Shown: one piece after another, positions 31,773 to 41,183 of the stretch
Numbering within the stretch: the stretch's first letter is position 1
Layout of the letters: each line of letters opens with the position of its first letter
From: an uncultured delta proteobacterium
GTDB lineage: Bacteria; Desulfobacterota; Binatia; JACPRU01
Length of the DNA stretch: 64,000 nt
Assembly: GCA_963745025.1 (NCBI GenBank)
Contig: CAVUWD010000019.1
Location: 1 to 64,000, forward strand
Reading direction: 5' to 3'
Notes under the pieces: model-generated
The model's database searches: none
The model's input: the letters and a program-made list of their open reading frames with translations, nothing else
Told to the model about the DNA's origin: nothing
Translations under genes and position numbers: made by a program

Positions 31773-31890
31773 GGTCCTTCCTCCCGAACGGGCGAGAGGG
31801 TCTCATCGCCCGGCTCGCGGATCAAGGCGTCGCCGGCCGAGTTCCACGCGGGCAGGGCTTCTGTCATACTTAAGCGTTGGGCCTCGATCC

Positions 31891-32997
31891 GTGACTCGCA
31901 ACATCAAAGAGCTCTCGCTCGAAGAGCTCGCCGGCTGGCTCTCCTTGCGGGGAGAGCCGCCTTACCGAGCGAAGCAGATCTTCCAGTGGCTCTACCGGAA
32001 TGGCGTCGCCTCGTTCGCCGCGATGAGCGACCTTTCGAAGAAGCTGCGAGCCGCGCTGGAGAGCTCCTTCACGATCTCCCGGCCTCGGGTCGCTCGTCTC
32101 GCCCGCGCCGCCGACGGCACGCGCAAGTTTCTCTTCGAGCTCGCCGACGGGAGCCGCATCGAGAGCGTGCTGATCCCGGCGGAGCTCGGCGAGCGGTTGA
32201 CGCTCTGTATCTCCTCGCAGGTCGGCTGCGGGATGGGCTGCGCCTTCTGCGCGACGGCGACGCTCGGGCTCAAGCGGGGGCTCGATGCTCACGAGATCGT
32301 CGATCAGGTTCTCGAGGCGCGGCGCGTGCTCGCCGATGCCGCACAGTCCGGCGAGCCGCAGTCGACGATCACCAACATCGTCTTCATGGGCATGGGCGAG
32401 CCGCTCCACAATTACCACGAGGTCGTGCGCGCGGTCGGCGTCTTGACCGCGGACTGGGGCGTTGGGTTCTCGCCCCGCCGGATCACCGTGTCGACCGTGG
32501 GCCTCGTCCCGCAGATGACGCGGCTGCTCGGCGACACGAGGGTCAATCTCGCGGTGTCGCTCTCGGGTACGACCGACGAGGTCCGGAGCCACCTCATGCC
32601 GATCAACCGCAAGTACCGGCTGGCGACCCTCCTCGACGCCTGTCGGGGGCTGCCGCTGCCGCGGCGCAAACGGATCACCTTCGAGTACGTGATGCTCTCG
32701 GGAAGAAACGATTCGTTGGAGGATGCCCACCGCCTGGCGACGCTCTTGCGTGGCATTCCCTCGAAGGTGAACCTGATTCCGTTCAACCCCTTTCCGGGTA
32801 GCGGATTTGCGTCGACGGAGCTGCCGGCGATCCAGGCCTTTCGCGCCGCTCTGCTGCGCCAGGGCGTGCACACGACGATTCGCGAAAGCCGCGGGCGTGA
32901 CATTCAGGCGGCCTGCGGGCAGCTGGCGGGGGACGTTTCAGCGGGCGGGGACGCTCCTTACCTTCGAAACTTTGCTCCGAAGGCGGCGCCAGGCTGA
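31891..32997 (+). CDS. rlmN: 23S rRNA/tRNA A2 methyltransferase RlmN
   Basis: CISSQVGCGMGCAFC, MGMGEPL, VNLIPFN, AACGQL. Confidence 0.95.
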   Translation: MTRNIKELSLEELAGWLSLRGEPPYRAKQIFQWLYRNGVASFAAMSDLSKKLRAALESSFTISRPRVARLARAADGTRKFLFELADGSRIESVLIPAELGERLTLCISSQVGCGMGCAFCATATLGLKRGLDAHEIVDQVLEARRVLADAAQSGEPQSTITNIVFMGMGEPLHNYHEVVRAVGVLTADWGVGFSPRRITVSTVGLVPQMTRLLGDTRVNLAVSLSGTTDEVRSHLMPINRKYRLATLLDACRGLPLPRRKRITFEYVMLSGRNDSLEDAHRLATLLRGIPSKVNLIPFNPFPGSGFASTELPAIQAFRAALLRQGVHTTIRESRGRDIQAACGQLAGDVSAGGDAPYLRNFAPKAAPG

Positions 32998-33026
32998 GCA
33001 AAGTTTCGAAGGTAAGGAACGTCCCC
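32947..33026. repeat. 80-bp palindrome with 31-bp arms (REP/MITE-like)
   Basis: ggggacgctccttaccttcgaaactttgctc ... gagcaaagtttcgaaggtaaggaacgtcccc, 1 mismatch, 18-nt loop. Confidence 0.85.
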
Positions 33027-33070
33027 ATACGGTTGCATCGCTCGGCCGCGTCCCCTAGATGGTCCCGGGA

Positions 33071-33985
33071 ATGGCAGTCGCCAAGAGGAGAGGCGCGGCA
33101 AGCCGGCGCCAGACGGGCACGCCTTCCGTGCGCCTCGGCGTGATCGGCGGGAGCGGGCTCTATCAGATGCCCGGGCTCGACGGCGCGCAGGAGGTCTCGG
33201 TGCGCACGCCTTTCGGCGCGCCCTCGGATGCGCTCGTCGTGGGCAAGCTGGGTGGCGTCGGCGTCGCCTTCTTGCCGCGCCACGGCCGTGGTCATCGCAT
33301 CCTTCCGAGCGAGATCAACTTTCGCGCCAACGTGTGCGCGCTGAAGCAGCTCGGCGCCGAGTTTCTGCTCTCCGTCGGGGCGGTCGGCAGTTTGAAGCAG
33401 GAGCTTCGCCCCGGGGACATCGTCGTTCCCGACCAGTTCATCGACCGCACGCACGGGCGAGCGAGCACGTTCTTCGGAGACGGCGTGGTCGCACACGTCG
33501 GCCTGGCCGATCCGGTCTGTCCGGTGCTGTCGCGACTCGTGGTCGTGGCCGCGCTCGCGACGGGCGATTCGACGGTCCACGAGCGCGGCACCTACGTCTG
33601 CATGGAGGGCCCGCAGTTCTCGACGCGAGCGGAATCGATGCTGCATCGGCAGTGGCACGCCGACGTGATCGGCATGACGAACGTGCAGGAGGCGAAGCTC
33701 GCGCGCGAGGCGGAGATGTGCTTCGCCTCCGTCTCGCTGGTGAGCGATTACGACTGCTGGAACGTGGGCGCCGGAGACGTGGACATCGCCGAGGTGCTGC
33801 GCATTCTCCAGGAGAGCACGGAGCGCGCGCAGCGGATCGTCGGCACGATCGTCGATCAGCTGCCCGCCGAGCGCGCGTGCGTTTGTGCTTCGGCGCTCGC
33901 GCAGGCCATCATCACCGATCGGGCGCGGATTCCGGCGAGCGCGCGAGCGCGCCTGCGGCCGATCGCCGGTCGATACCTGGAGTGA
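33071..33985 (+). CDS. mtnP: S-methyl-5'-thioadenosine phosphorylase
   Basis: GVIGGSG, TPFGAPSD, RHGRGH, EGPQFSTRAES, GMT, DYDCW; start could be 33059. Confidence 0.92.
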   Translation: MAVAKRRGAASRRQTGTPSVRLGVIGGSGLYQMPGLDGAQEVSVRTPFGAPSDALVVGKLGGVGVAFLPRHGRGHRILPSEINFRANVCALKQLGAEFLLSVGAVGSLKQELRPGDIVVPDQFIDRTHGRASTFFGDGVVAHVGLADPVCPVLSRLVVVAALATGDSTVHERGTYVCMEGPQFSTRAESMLHRQWHADVIGMTNVQEAKLAREAEMCFASVSLVSDYDCWNVGAGDVDIAEVLRILQESTERAQRIVGTIVDQLPAERACVCASALAQAIITDRARIPASARARLRPIAGRYLE

Positions 33986-34016
33986 TGCGGAGCCACCGGG
34001 TGAGGGGGAGAAACAT

Positions 34017-34917
34017 TTGAAGATCGTCGTGGTCGGCTCGGTGGCGTTCGACAACGTCGAGACGCCCTTCGGCAAGGTGGAGAACGTGATCGGCGGCTCG
34101 GCGACCTTCTTTTCGGTGGCCGCGAGCTTCTTCGCGCCCGTCGCCGTGGTCGCGGTCGTCGGGGAAGACTTCCCGAAGGCGGAGCTCGCATTCTTGCGCT
34201 CGCGCGGCATCGATACGGCGGGGATCGAGATCGCCGAGGGACGCACGTTCCGCTGGACCGGCCGCTATCACGAGGACATGAATCTACGCGACACGCTCGA
34301 CCTCCAGCTCAACGTGTTCGCCGAGTTCCAGCCGAAGCTCGCCCGAGTCGTACCGCGCTGCCGAGATCTGCTTCCTCAGCAACATCCATCCGAGCCTCCA
34401 GCAGAGCGTGTTGCGGCAGCTCGACCGACCCGAGCTCGTCGGCGCCGACACCATGACGCACTGGATCCAGGACACCCGCGGCGACCTCGAGGCGCTGCTC
34501 CGCCACGTCGAAGTCCTCACCGTGAACGACGAGGAAGCGCGCATGCTCTCGGGCGAGCGCAACATCGTCGCCGCGGCGCGGAAGATCCTCGCCATGGGGC
34601 CGAAGAGCCTGCTCATCAAGCGTGGCGAGTACGGCGTGCTGCACTTCTCCCCCGATTCGGTCTTCGCCGTGCCCGCCTTTCCTCTGGAACAGGTCTTCGA
34701 TCCGACGGGCGCGGGCGACGCGTTTGCCGGCGGCTTCGTCGGCGCGCTCGCCAAGTGCGGCGATTTCTCGCCGTCGAGCGTGCGCCGGGCGATCGTCTAC
34801 GGCAGCGTGATGGCGTCCTTCGTGGTCGAGGACTTCAGCTTGAAGCGGCTGCGGAAGCTCAGCAGCGAGGACGTGGAGCACCGCTATCGGCAGTTCGTCG
34901 CGCTGACGGAGTTCTGA
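34017..34917 (+). CDS. PfkB-family sugar/nucleoside kinase (apparent frameshifts near 34345-34365)
   Basis: VVGSVAFD, GGSA, VNDEEA, DPTGAGDAFAGG. Confidence 0.9.
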
Positions 34918-34926
34918 GGAACCCGG

Positions 34927-35868
34927 TTGCAGCTCTCTGTCGTCTTTCCCGTCTACAACGAGGCCGGCAACGTCGAAGCGCTCGTCGACGACGTGGTTCG
35001 TGCCTGCGATCCACTCGGGCGGGAGTACGAGATCGTCGTCGTCGATGACGGCAGCGACGACGGCACCTCCGACGTGCTTCGCCGGCTCAAGACCCGTGTG
35101 CCGCGCTTGCGGGTGATTCTCTTCCGGCGAAACTTCGGTCAGACGGCTGCCCTGCAGGCGGGGATCTCCCACGCCCGCGGCGACGTCCTCGTCACCATGG
35201 ACGGTGACGGCGAGAACGACCCCGCCGACATTCCGAAGCTCCTTCAGGCGCTCGCGGCGGGAGTCGACATGGTCTGCGGCTGGCGGCAAGGGCGCTGGCA
35301 AGGCGCGCTGCTCACACGGCGCCTGCCGAGCGAGGTGGCCAACCGGCTGATCGGCTACTCGACCGGCGTTCGCCTTCACGACTACGGCTGCCAGTTCAAG
35401 GCGCTTCGCCGTGAGCTCGCGTCGAGTCTCAAGCTCTACGGCGAGATGCACCGCTTCGTGCCGGTGCTGGCTCATGACGTCGGCGCATCGATCGTCGAGG
35501 TGCCGGTCGGTTACCGTCCGCGCCGCTACGGCACCTCCAAGTACGGGCTCTCGCGCATGGTACGGGTGATTCTCGATCTCATCACGGTGAAGTTCCTGTC
35601 GAGCTTCAAGACGCGGCCGATCCAGGTCTTCGGCCTCTGGGGTTTGATCGCTGTGGTGCTCGGCCTCGTATGGACGGTCTGGCTCGTCGTCGAGCGGCAG
35701 GTCTACGGGGTGCCAATGGGCAATCGGCCGCAGCTCTTTCTCGCCGTGCTGCTGACGTTCACGGGCATGCAGTTCATCACCCTCGGGCTTCTCGGCGAGA
35801 TGCTCTCGCGCACGTATCACGAGAGCCAGAACAAGCCGACCTACGTGATCCGCGAGATTCTCGAGTGA
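34927..35868 (+). CDS. GT2 polyprenol-phosphate glycosyltransferase (ArnC/GtrB-like)
   Basis: PVYNE, DDGSDD, RNFGQTAA, MDGD, HDYGC, two C-terminal TMs. Confidence 0.92.
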   Translation: MQLSVVFPVYNEAGNVEALVDDVVRACDPLGREYEIVVVDDGSDDGTSDVLRRLKTRVPRLRVILFRRNFGQTAALQAGISHARGDVLVTMDGDGENDPADIPKLLQALAAGVDMVCGWRQGRWQGALLTRRLPSEVANRLIGYSTGVRLHDYGCQFKALRRELASSLKLYGEMHRFVPVLAHDVGASIVEVPVGYRPRRYGTSKYGLSRMVRVILDLITVKFLSSFKTRPIQVFGLWGLIAVVLGLVWTVWLVVERQVYGVPMGNRPQLFLAVLLTFTGMQFITLGLLGEMLSRTYHESQNKPTYVIREILE

Positions 35869-36020
35869 ACCTCGAAGATCGCGTGAGGACGAGGGACTCT
35901 GATCTTCCCTGAACGGAATCTCCCAGTGTCGGAAGTCACGAGAGCCGAAACGAGCCGACCGACCGTCTGCCTCTCCCCACCGGGGAGAGGGGATGCGTGG
36001 TGCCCAATTCTTCGAGCAAG

Positions 36021-36890
36021 ATGAAGTTCCTGCGCTACTGGGCGAAGGCTTCCGCGAAGGCCACGGCGCCGGACGGCCGGACGCTCGCGTTCGCTTGCTG
36101 GCGCGGGTCGGACCGGAGCCTCGACGATGCGCAGACCTCGGCGCGCATGGCGGCGGAAGAGGTCGCCGCGCGCGCCGCGCAAAGCGGCGAGCCGACGCGC
36201 GGGTACCTGTACGGCGAGCGCCCCATCCGTGAAGAGGTCGTGCGCGAGCTCGCCTCGGGCGACGGCGGTCCAGCCGCGGTGATCACGCGGAACTCCTTCG
36301 GCTGTCTCGTCCTCAACACGGCGCGCGTGCTGTTCGTCGACGTCGATCTACCGCCCGCCCGCCTGGCTGCGTCCGCGGGCGGCTGGCTCGCGCGGCTTCT
36401 CGGCCGGCGCGGGCAGGGATCGAACGATGGCGCCGAAGCGCAAGCGTTCGAGCGCCTCGATGCCTGGGTACGGGCGCATCCGGGAGTGGGGTTCCGAGCC
36501 TATCGGACGCGCGCGGGTCTGCGTTATCTCGGAACGAGCGGTGTCTTCGAACCGGCGAGCGCGGCCGCGGAAGCCCTGCTCGAGGCGCTCGGGTGCGATC
36601 CGCTGTACGTCCGTCTTTGCCGTGCGCAACGGAGCTTCCGCGCGCGGCTCACGCCCAAGCCGTGGCGCTGCGGCGTCGTCAGGCCTCCGTCGCGTTTCCC
36701 GCACGAGAGTGCGGAGCGGGAAGAGGCGTTTCGCCGATGGCTCGAGCGCTACGAGGCTCTGTCTGGGCGCTTTGCCACCTGTGCGTACGTCTCGACCTTC
36801 GGCGTGGAGCGCGTGCACGAGGAGGTCGAGCCGATCCTTCGTTTCCACGACGAAGCCACGCGGACGGCCTCGGGCCTCGCGCTAGCGTGA
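36021..36890 (+). CDS. Hypothetical protein with DxD motif (possible primase-polymerase-like fold)
   Basis: 290-codon ORF; RNSFGCLVLN, VLFVDVD, YRTRAGLR, CDPLY, FRARLTPKPWR. Confidence 0.75.
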   Translation: MKFLRYWAKASAKATAPDGRTLAFACWRGSDRSLDDAQTSARMAAEEVAARAAQSGEPTRGYLYGERPIREEVVRELASGDGGPAAVITRNSFGCLVLNTARVLFVDVDLPPARLAASAGGWLARLLGRRGQGSNDGAEAQAFERLDAWVRAHPGVGFRAYRTRAGLRYLGTSGVFEPASAAAEALLEALGCDPLYVRLCRAQRSFRARLTPKPWRCGVVRPPSRFPHESAEREEAFRRWLERYEALSGRFATCAYVSTFGVERVHEEVEPILRFHDEATRTASGLALA

Positions 36891-36980
36891 CGCGAGGTAC
36901 TTCTTCCGGCGCACCCACTTGGCGAGCGCCTGCTCGCTGTCGATGAGCTCTACACCTTCCCTCTGCAGCGCGTCGAGCGC
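36788..36980 (+). repeat. Left copy of a diverged direct repeat (convergent gene-junction duplication)
   Basis: Aligns with 42007-42267; holds the intact 3' end of the hypothetical gene and an orphan 3' end of the cysteine hydrolase. Confidence 0.9.
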
Positions 36981-37044
36981 AGCGACTTCCGTAATTCCAG
37001 GATTCGTCAGCCGCGCGTATGGAGTTCCCGTGTCCGAAGCCGCG

Positions 37045-37128
37045 GATGAGCGGCGCAAGCGGCCGAGTTGTCATAACGGTCGATCTCGGACGCCGGCATT
37101 TCCCCATCTCTGCCCGCTTTGACGGGGA
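37045..37128 (+). repeat. dif/Xer-like repeat, copy 2 (core AGTTGTCATAA CGGTCG ATCTCGGACGC, 37066-37093)
   Basis: Core plus conserved tail cggcatttccccatctctgcccgctttgacggg shared with copies 3 and 4. Confidence 0.7.
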
Positions 37129-37477
37129 CAAAGCGGCAGCCGAGCCCAGCGGCACCCGGCGTGACGGCACGGGCGCGGACCCTGCCAGGGTCCTGGCAGG
37201 AACCAGCCAAATCTCGTCCGCAGCTGACGTCTTGCCGGGCTCATAGGACCACGAGGAGATCTACCTTCGCGGCGCTCCTCTCGAGCCCGACATGAACGCG
37301 AGCGATTCCACGCACGTGACGACTCTCCCCGATCTAAGCGACGATGTCGCGATGCAACCGGCGGGCGTCGGCGGCCTGGACGATCTCGAGCTCTTCCGCG
37401 TAACGGCGGTGTCACCGTGCCGGGCCAGGTAGATGATGGGAGGTGCCTCGGTCAGCAGGGCAAAATCGGAGTTCTCC

Positions 37478-38824
37478 CTAGAGGGCAAGGCTGATCTCCG
37501 CGGCCAACACCGCTGCGCTTCCGATGTTGCTGAAGCCGTTCGGGTGGATGATGTACTGAAAGTCGGGGGTGACATAGAGCCAGGGGCTGATCTGAAACCT
37601 GTGGTTCGCCTCGACCACCGTCTCGGCTCCCTGCCCCGGAAGATGATCACTGAAAATGCCGCTGATCATGCCCAAGGCGGTCACGTCACGATCGCGACCG
37701 CCAAGAAGACCGTGGTATAGAAAGCCTCCCGCGGCCTGCACGGTTTGCGGATTGATGCTCTCCTGGGGAGCGACGAACACCGCTGCCCAGACGCTTGGTC
37801 CCTTCGGCCGATCCTTGGGGGTCGCTGCGTGCTTGATATACGGGTGCTTCGCACGGGTCGCATAGGTCGCACTGGCGCGCAAATACTCGAGTCCCTGGTA
37901 CTCCAGCCATTCGCTGCGATAGAGCATCTGATCGACGTAGAAATAGAGGCCATAGTTTCCACGCTGCGTGTGCGCTGGGTTGTCGAGTGTAGAAAACCTG
38001 CTGCTCTCGAAATAGCCGCCTACGGTGGCGCTCCCCGGCAGGCCGTTCTCCTCGCGGCTCTGATGATGCTGGTAGGTCATCTGAGCGATTGCCATTTGTC
38101 CCTTCGACGTGTCGAGACTGAAGTCAGTGCCGTTCTTGCTCGGGTCCGCGACCGTCGGGTCGGCATTGTACCCGCCGGCGATGAACCCCCACTCCTTGGT
38201 GGGCTGATAGAACGCCCGTGCGCCCCATGCCGCCGCCTGGCTCCCCGGGAAGAAGATGTTGGCCGAAATGCTGCTCAGATTGTCGTTGATGCCGGCATTG
38301 ACGTAGTAGCCCCACAAGGGAGAGGTCGCAAAGACATCCCCCGCAGTGAGCCGGCCGGCCTGGAGGGTCACCGTCTCGTCAAACAGGGATTGCGACAGAC
38401 TCAGTTGTCCCAGGTACAGGTCGCCTGGGGTAAAGGCCTCCTGCACGTCGAAGAGGTTGCCGATGTCGTCCGACGACACGCTTCGTCCCGAATCCCAGAA
38501 GCCGTTCGCGGTGAACGACGCGCCCCTGAGGCCAACGAGGCGCTCGAAGTCCAATGCCAGGCCGGTGGCAAGAAACCCGGCATAGCTGGATCCCCGTTTC
38601 TCGCCACCCGACACGTTCCCAGCAAGGTCCGCGGTATAATTGGACGAGAACGTTACGCCCTTGCCTTCGAGCTCGTCGCGAACGCCGTGCCAGTTGCCCG
38701 TAGCGGTCCGTTGCTTCAACCACGACCCGAGCGGCGAGTCTTCGTCGGCCATGCTCAGCTGGGCGATCGCCGTTGAGATGGCACAGGTTACGGCGATCAG
38801 GATGATACGTTTCGATAGCATCAT
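37478..38824 (-). CDS. Carbohydrate-selective porin (OprB family)
   Basis: Signal peptide, TGNWHGVRDELEGKG, GNVSGG, PDFQYIIHP. Confidence 0.88.
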   Translation of the reverse strand: MMLSKRIILIAVTCAISTAIAQLSMADEDSPLGSWLKQRTATGNWHGVRDELEGKGVTFSSNYTADLAGNVSGGEKRGSSYAGFLATGLALDFERLVGLRGASFTANGFWDSGRSVSSDDIGNLFDVQEAFTPGDLYLGQLSLSQSLFDETVTLQAGRLTAGDVFATSPLWGYYVNAGINDNLSSISANIFFPGSQAAAWGARAFYQPTKEWGFIAGGYNADPTVADPSKNGTDFSLDTSKGQMAIAQMTYQHHQSREENGLPGSATVGGYFESSRFSTLDNPAHTQRGNYGLYFYVDQMLYRSEWLEYQGLEYLRASATYATRAKHPYIKHAATPKDRPKGPSVWAAVFVAPQESINPQTVQAAGGFLYHGLLGGRDRDVTALGMISGIFSDHLPGQGAETVVEANHRFQISPWLYVTPDFQYIIHPNGFSNIGSAAVLAAEISLAL

Positions 38825-39177
38825 TCTCGCCGGCGCTCCTCGCTCCTGAGTTTTCAAAAGCGGTACTTGCCAGAACGGCATTTACTCACCGGCCGCCTTC
38901 CCGTAACCACGCAGCGCGGCGAGATCTGCCTGGCTCGTCGCACCGGTCACGCCCCGGCGGGATCCGGCGAGGTTCATCGAGCCCGTCAGAGCTCCACGTC
39001 CACCACGGCGCGCGCATCGTCTCCAAGCACCTGCACGAGGCGGGTATAGACGGCGTCTACGAGAGGGTCGACGACAGCCACTCCCAACGGCCACATGGAC
39101 GTCTCGCTGCCGTTCCTCTACGGCGCGCTGAAGCCTTGCGGCGGTCGGCAGGGCGCCAAGAGCGCTTCGGCCGCGCC

Positions 39178-39558
39178 TCAGCTCTGCGGCGATCCCTTCA
39201 CGTAACCCATGGCCTCGACGATGCGTCCGCCGCGCACCCGCATCAGGTTCACACCCCGCACGGAGTCGCTCTCCCTCTCGCCCCACCGAAATCGCCAGCG
39301 GATGATCGCGCGCTCCCCGGCAACCTCCACGTCCTCGAGGTCAAAGTGCGTCCCGGGCGTGGTCGCGATCTCCCGCCAGAGCGCCACGCAGGCCTCCCGT
39401 CCCACGTACCGTGAGCCGTTCGGTGCGGGTGTCGTGTTCTCGATGACGCAGTCGGCCGCGACCAGCTCCGAGAGGTCCGAGGGATCATGGCGCTGAAACA
39501 CGTCATTGAACCGCCCGATCACCTCCACGGTGTCACTCTGCTGCTTGCTCGTGCTCAT
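39178..39558 (-). CDS. NTF2/SnoaL-like protein
   Basis: FNDVFQRHD, CVIENT, RGVNLMRVRGGRIVEAMGYVK. Confidence 0.88.
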   Translation of the reverse strand: MSTSKQQSDTVEVIGRFNDVFQRHDPSDLSELVAADCVIENTTPAPNGSRYVGREACVALWREIATTPGTHFDLEDVEVAGERAIIRWRFRWGERESDSVRGVNLMRVRGGRIVEAMGYVKGSPQS

Positions 39559-39643
39559 AGCTCCGCTCCTCTCGCGTCGGAGTCTGACCGCCGCTGCGAT
39601 CAGCTTTCGTTTGGGAATGCCGCTAGCCCCGCGAACGATTGAG

Positions 39644-39730
39644 TATAGCGGCCACGAGAGCCGGGGAGCTACATCACCTTCGATCTCGGACGCCGGCGCT
39701 TCCCCGTCTCGTGCCCGCTTTGACGGGTCG
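39644..39730 (+). repeat. dif/Xer-like repeat, copy 3 (core GAGCTACATCA CCTTCG ATCTCGGACGC, 39666-39693)
   Basis: Direct repeat of 40471-40556 over about 85 bp. Confidence 0.7.
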
Positions 39731-39821
39731 ACGAGGAGCTTGCATCAGCGGAGCCCGACCAGTACTCAGCAGGGCATCCGGGGCGCGTTGCGTCTCGAGA
39801 CCGCCGCTGGAAGGAGCTCTC

Positions 39822-40502
39822 ATGTTGAAGATCTACGGTGCGCTGCTCTCACCGTTCGTGCGCAAGGTGCGCGTCGTGCTCGCCGAGAAGCAGCTGCAGT
39901 ACGAGCTCGTGCCGAGCAATCCTTTCGAGAAGTCGCCGGAGCTCCTCAAGCGGAGCCCGCTCGGCCGCATTCCCGCCTTCGAGGACGAGCAGGGCCGCAC
40001 GCTCGCCGACAGCACGGTCGTCGTCGAGTACCTGGAGGAGCGCTTTCCAAGCCTGGCGCTCTTTCCCAAGGATCCCTACGAGCGCGCGCGGGTCCGTTGG
40101 TTCGACGAGTACGCCGACGGCGGCATGGGCCCGAGCCTGACCGGCAAGATCTTCTTCCAGCGCGTGATCAGCGCCAAGTTGATGCGGAAGGTGCCCGACG
40201 AGACGGTGGTCGCGACCGCCATCGCCGAGCTGCCCAACTACCTCGCCTACCTCGAGAAGGAGCTCGGCACGAACGACTATCTGGTCGCCAATACCTTCAC
40301 CCTCGCCGACATCAGCGTCGCCTGCCAGTTCATCAATCTGCGTCACGCGGGGGTCGAGATCGACGCCGGGAAGTACCCGAGCCTGGCCGCCTGGTTCGCA
40401 CGCGTGACGAGCCGGCCGTCGCTGAAGGCGCTGATCGAGCAGGACCGGGGGTTTCTGGCGAAGCTCGAGGATAGCGGCGACAAGGGCCGGAAAGCTACAT
40501 GA
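39822..40502 (+). CDS. Glutathione S-transferase family protein
   Basis: SPFVRKVR, SPLGRIP, DSTVVVEYLE, FTLADI; AAGGAG RBS; stop codon lies inside repeat copy 4. Confidence 0.92.
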   Translation: MLKIYGALLSPFVRKVRVVLAEKQLQYELVPSNPFEKSPELLKRSPLGRIPAFEDEQGRTLADSTVVVEYLEERFPSLALFPKDPYERARVRWFDEYADGGMGPSLTGKIFFQRVISAKLMRKVPDETVVATAIAELPNYLAYLEKELGTNDYLVANTFTLADISVACQFINLRHAGVEIDAGKYPSLAAWFARVTSRPSLKALIEQDRGFLAKLEDSGDKGRKAT

Positions 40503-40556
40503 CGGTCGATCTCGGACGCCGGCACTTCCCCATGTTTGTCCGCTTTGACCGGTCGC
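40471..40556 (+). repeat. dif/Xer-like repeat, copy 4 (core AAGCTACATGA CGGTCG ATCTCGGACGC, 40492-40519)
   Basis: Same motif and tail as copies 2 and 3. Confidence 0.7.
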
Positions 40557-40600
40557 ACAGCGCCACCGCATTTACAGACAAGCGATCGAGGTAAGCAACG

Positions 40601-40999
40601 ATGAATCATCTGGAAACCACGAAGCACATGTACGAGGCGTTTGCCCGCGGCGACGTGCCCGCCATCCTGGCGTGTCTGCACGAAGACGTTGAATGGGAAT
40701 ACGGCGTCATCTCTCACGACGTGCCGTGGTACCAGGCGCGGCGCGGGCGCAGTGAGGTGATGGGCTTCTTCGAAAGCCTGGCAGCATTGACCTGGCACAA
40801 GTTCGAGCCCAAGTCGTTTCTCGCTGCGGACGATCTGGTAGTCGTGCTGATCGATGCCGACTATACCGTCACCGCCACCGGCGGCCGCGTGGTCTACGAG
40901 GACGCCATCATGCTCTGGCGCTTCGACGATCAGGGACTGGTGCGGCGCTTCGCCCATCGCGTCGATACCCACCAGGCCTGGCTCGCCTGTCGGCGCTGA
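40601..40999 (+). CDS. NTF2/SnoaL-like protein
   Basis: YEAFARGDVPAIL, DVEWE, WRFDDQG, HRVDT. Confidence 0.9.
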   Translation: MNHLETTKHMYEAFARGDVPAILACLHEDVEWEYGVISHDVPWYQARRGRSEVMGFFESLAALTWHKFEPKSFLAADDLVVVLIDADYTVTATGGRVVYEDAIMLWRFDDQGLVRRFAHRVDTHQAWLACRR

Positions 41000-41183
41000 A
41001 GATTCATGGCGTGGCCGCACTGCACGGCCTCAACCTGCGACGCGAGCGGCACCGCACCTTCCAGACCCTAGCCTTAGTCGCATGAGCATTGAACGGCGTT
41101 GCCACTTACAACATGTTGGTTTTCACATTTCCCTGAACCGTTATACTCGGGTCGCGTTCGCCCGAGATGCCTCGGAGGTCGCC

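Noticed and set aside
37261-37445. Histidine phosphatase gene (IIYLARHG, minus strand)
   Set aside because: Only the first motif is present and the rest is non-homologous; at most a very short stub.
37045-40556. Classical integron with attC sites
   Set aside because: No intI in the window, the repeats lack the closing GTTRRRY arm and full palindrome, and cargo genes lie in both orientations; kept only as an alternative to the dif-like reading.
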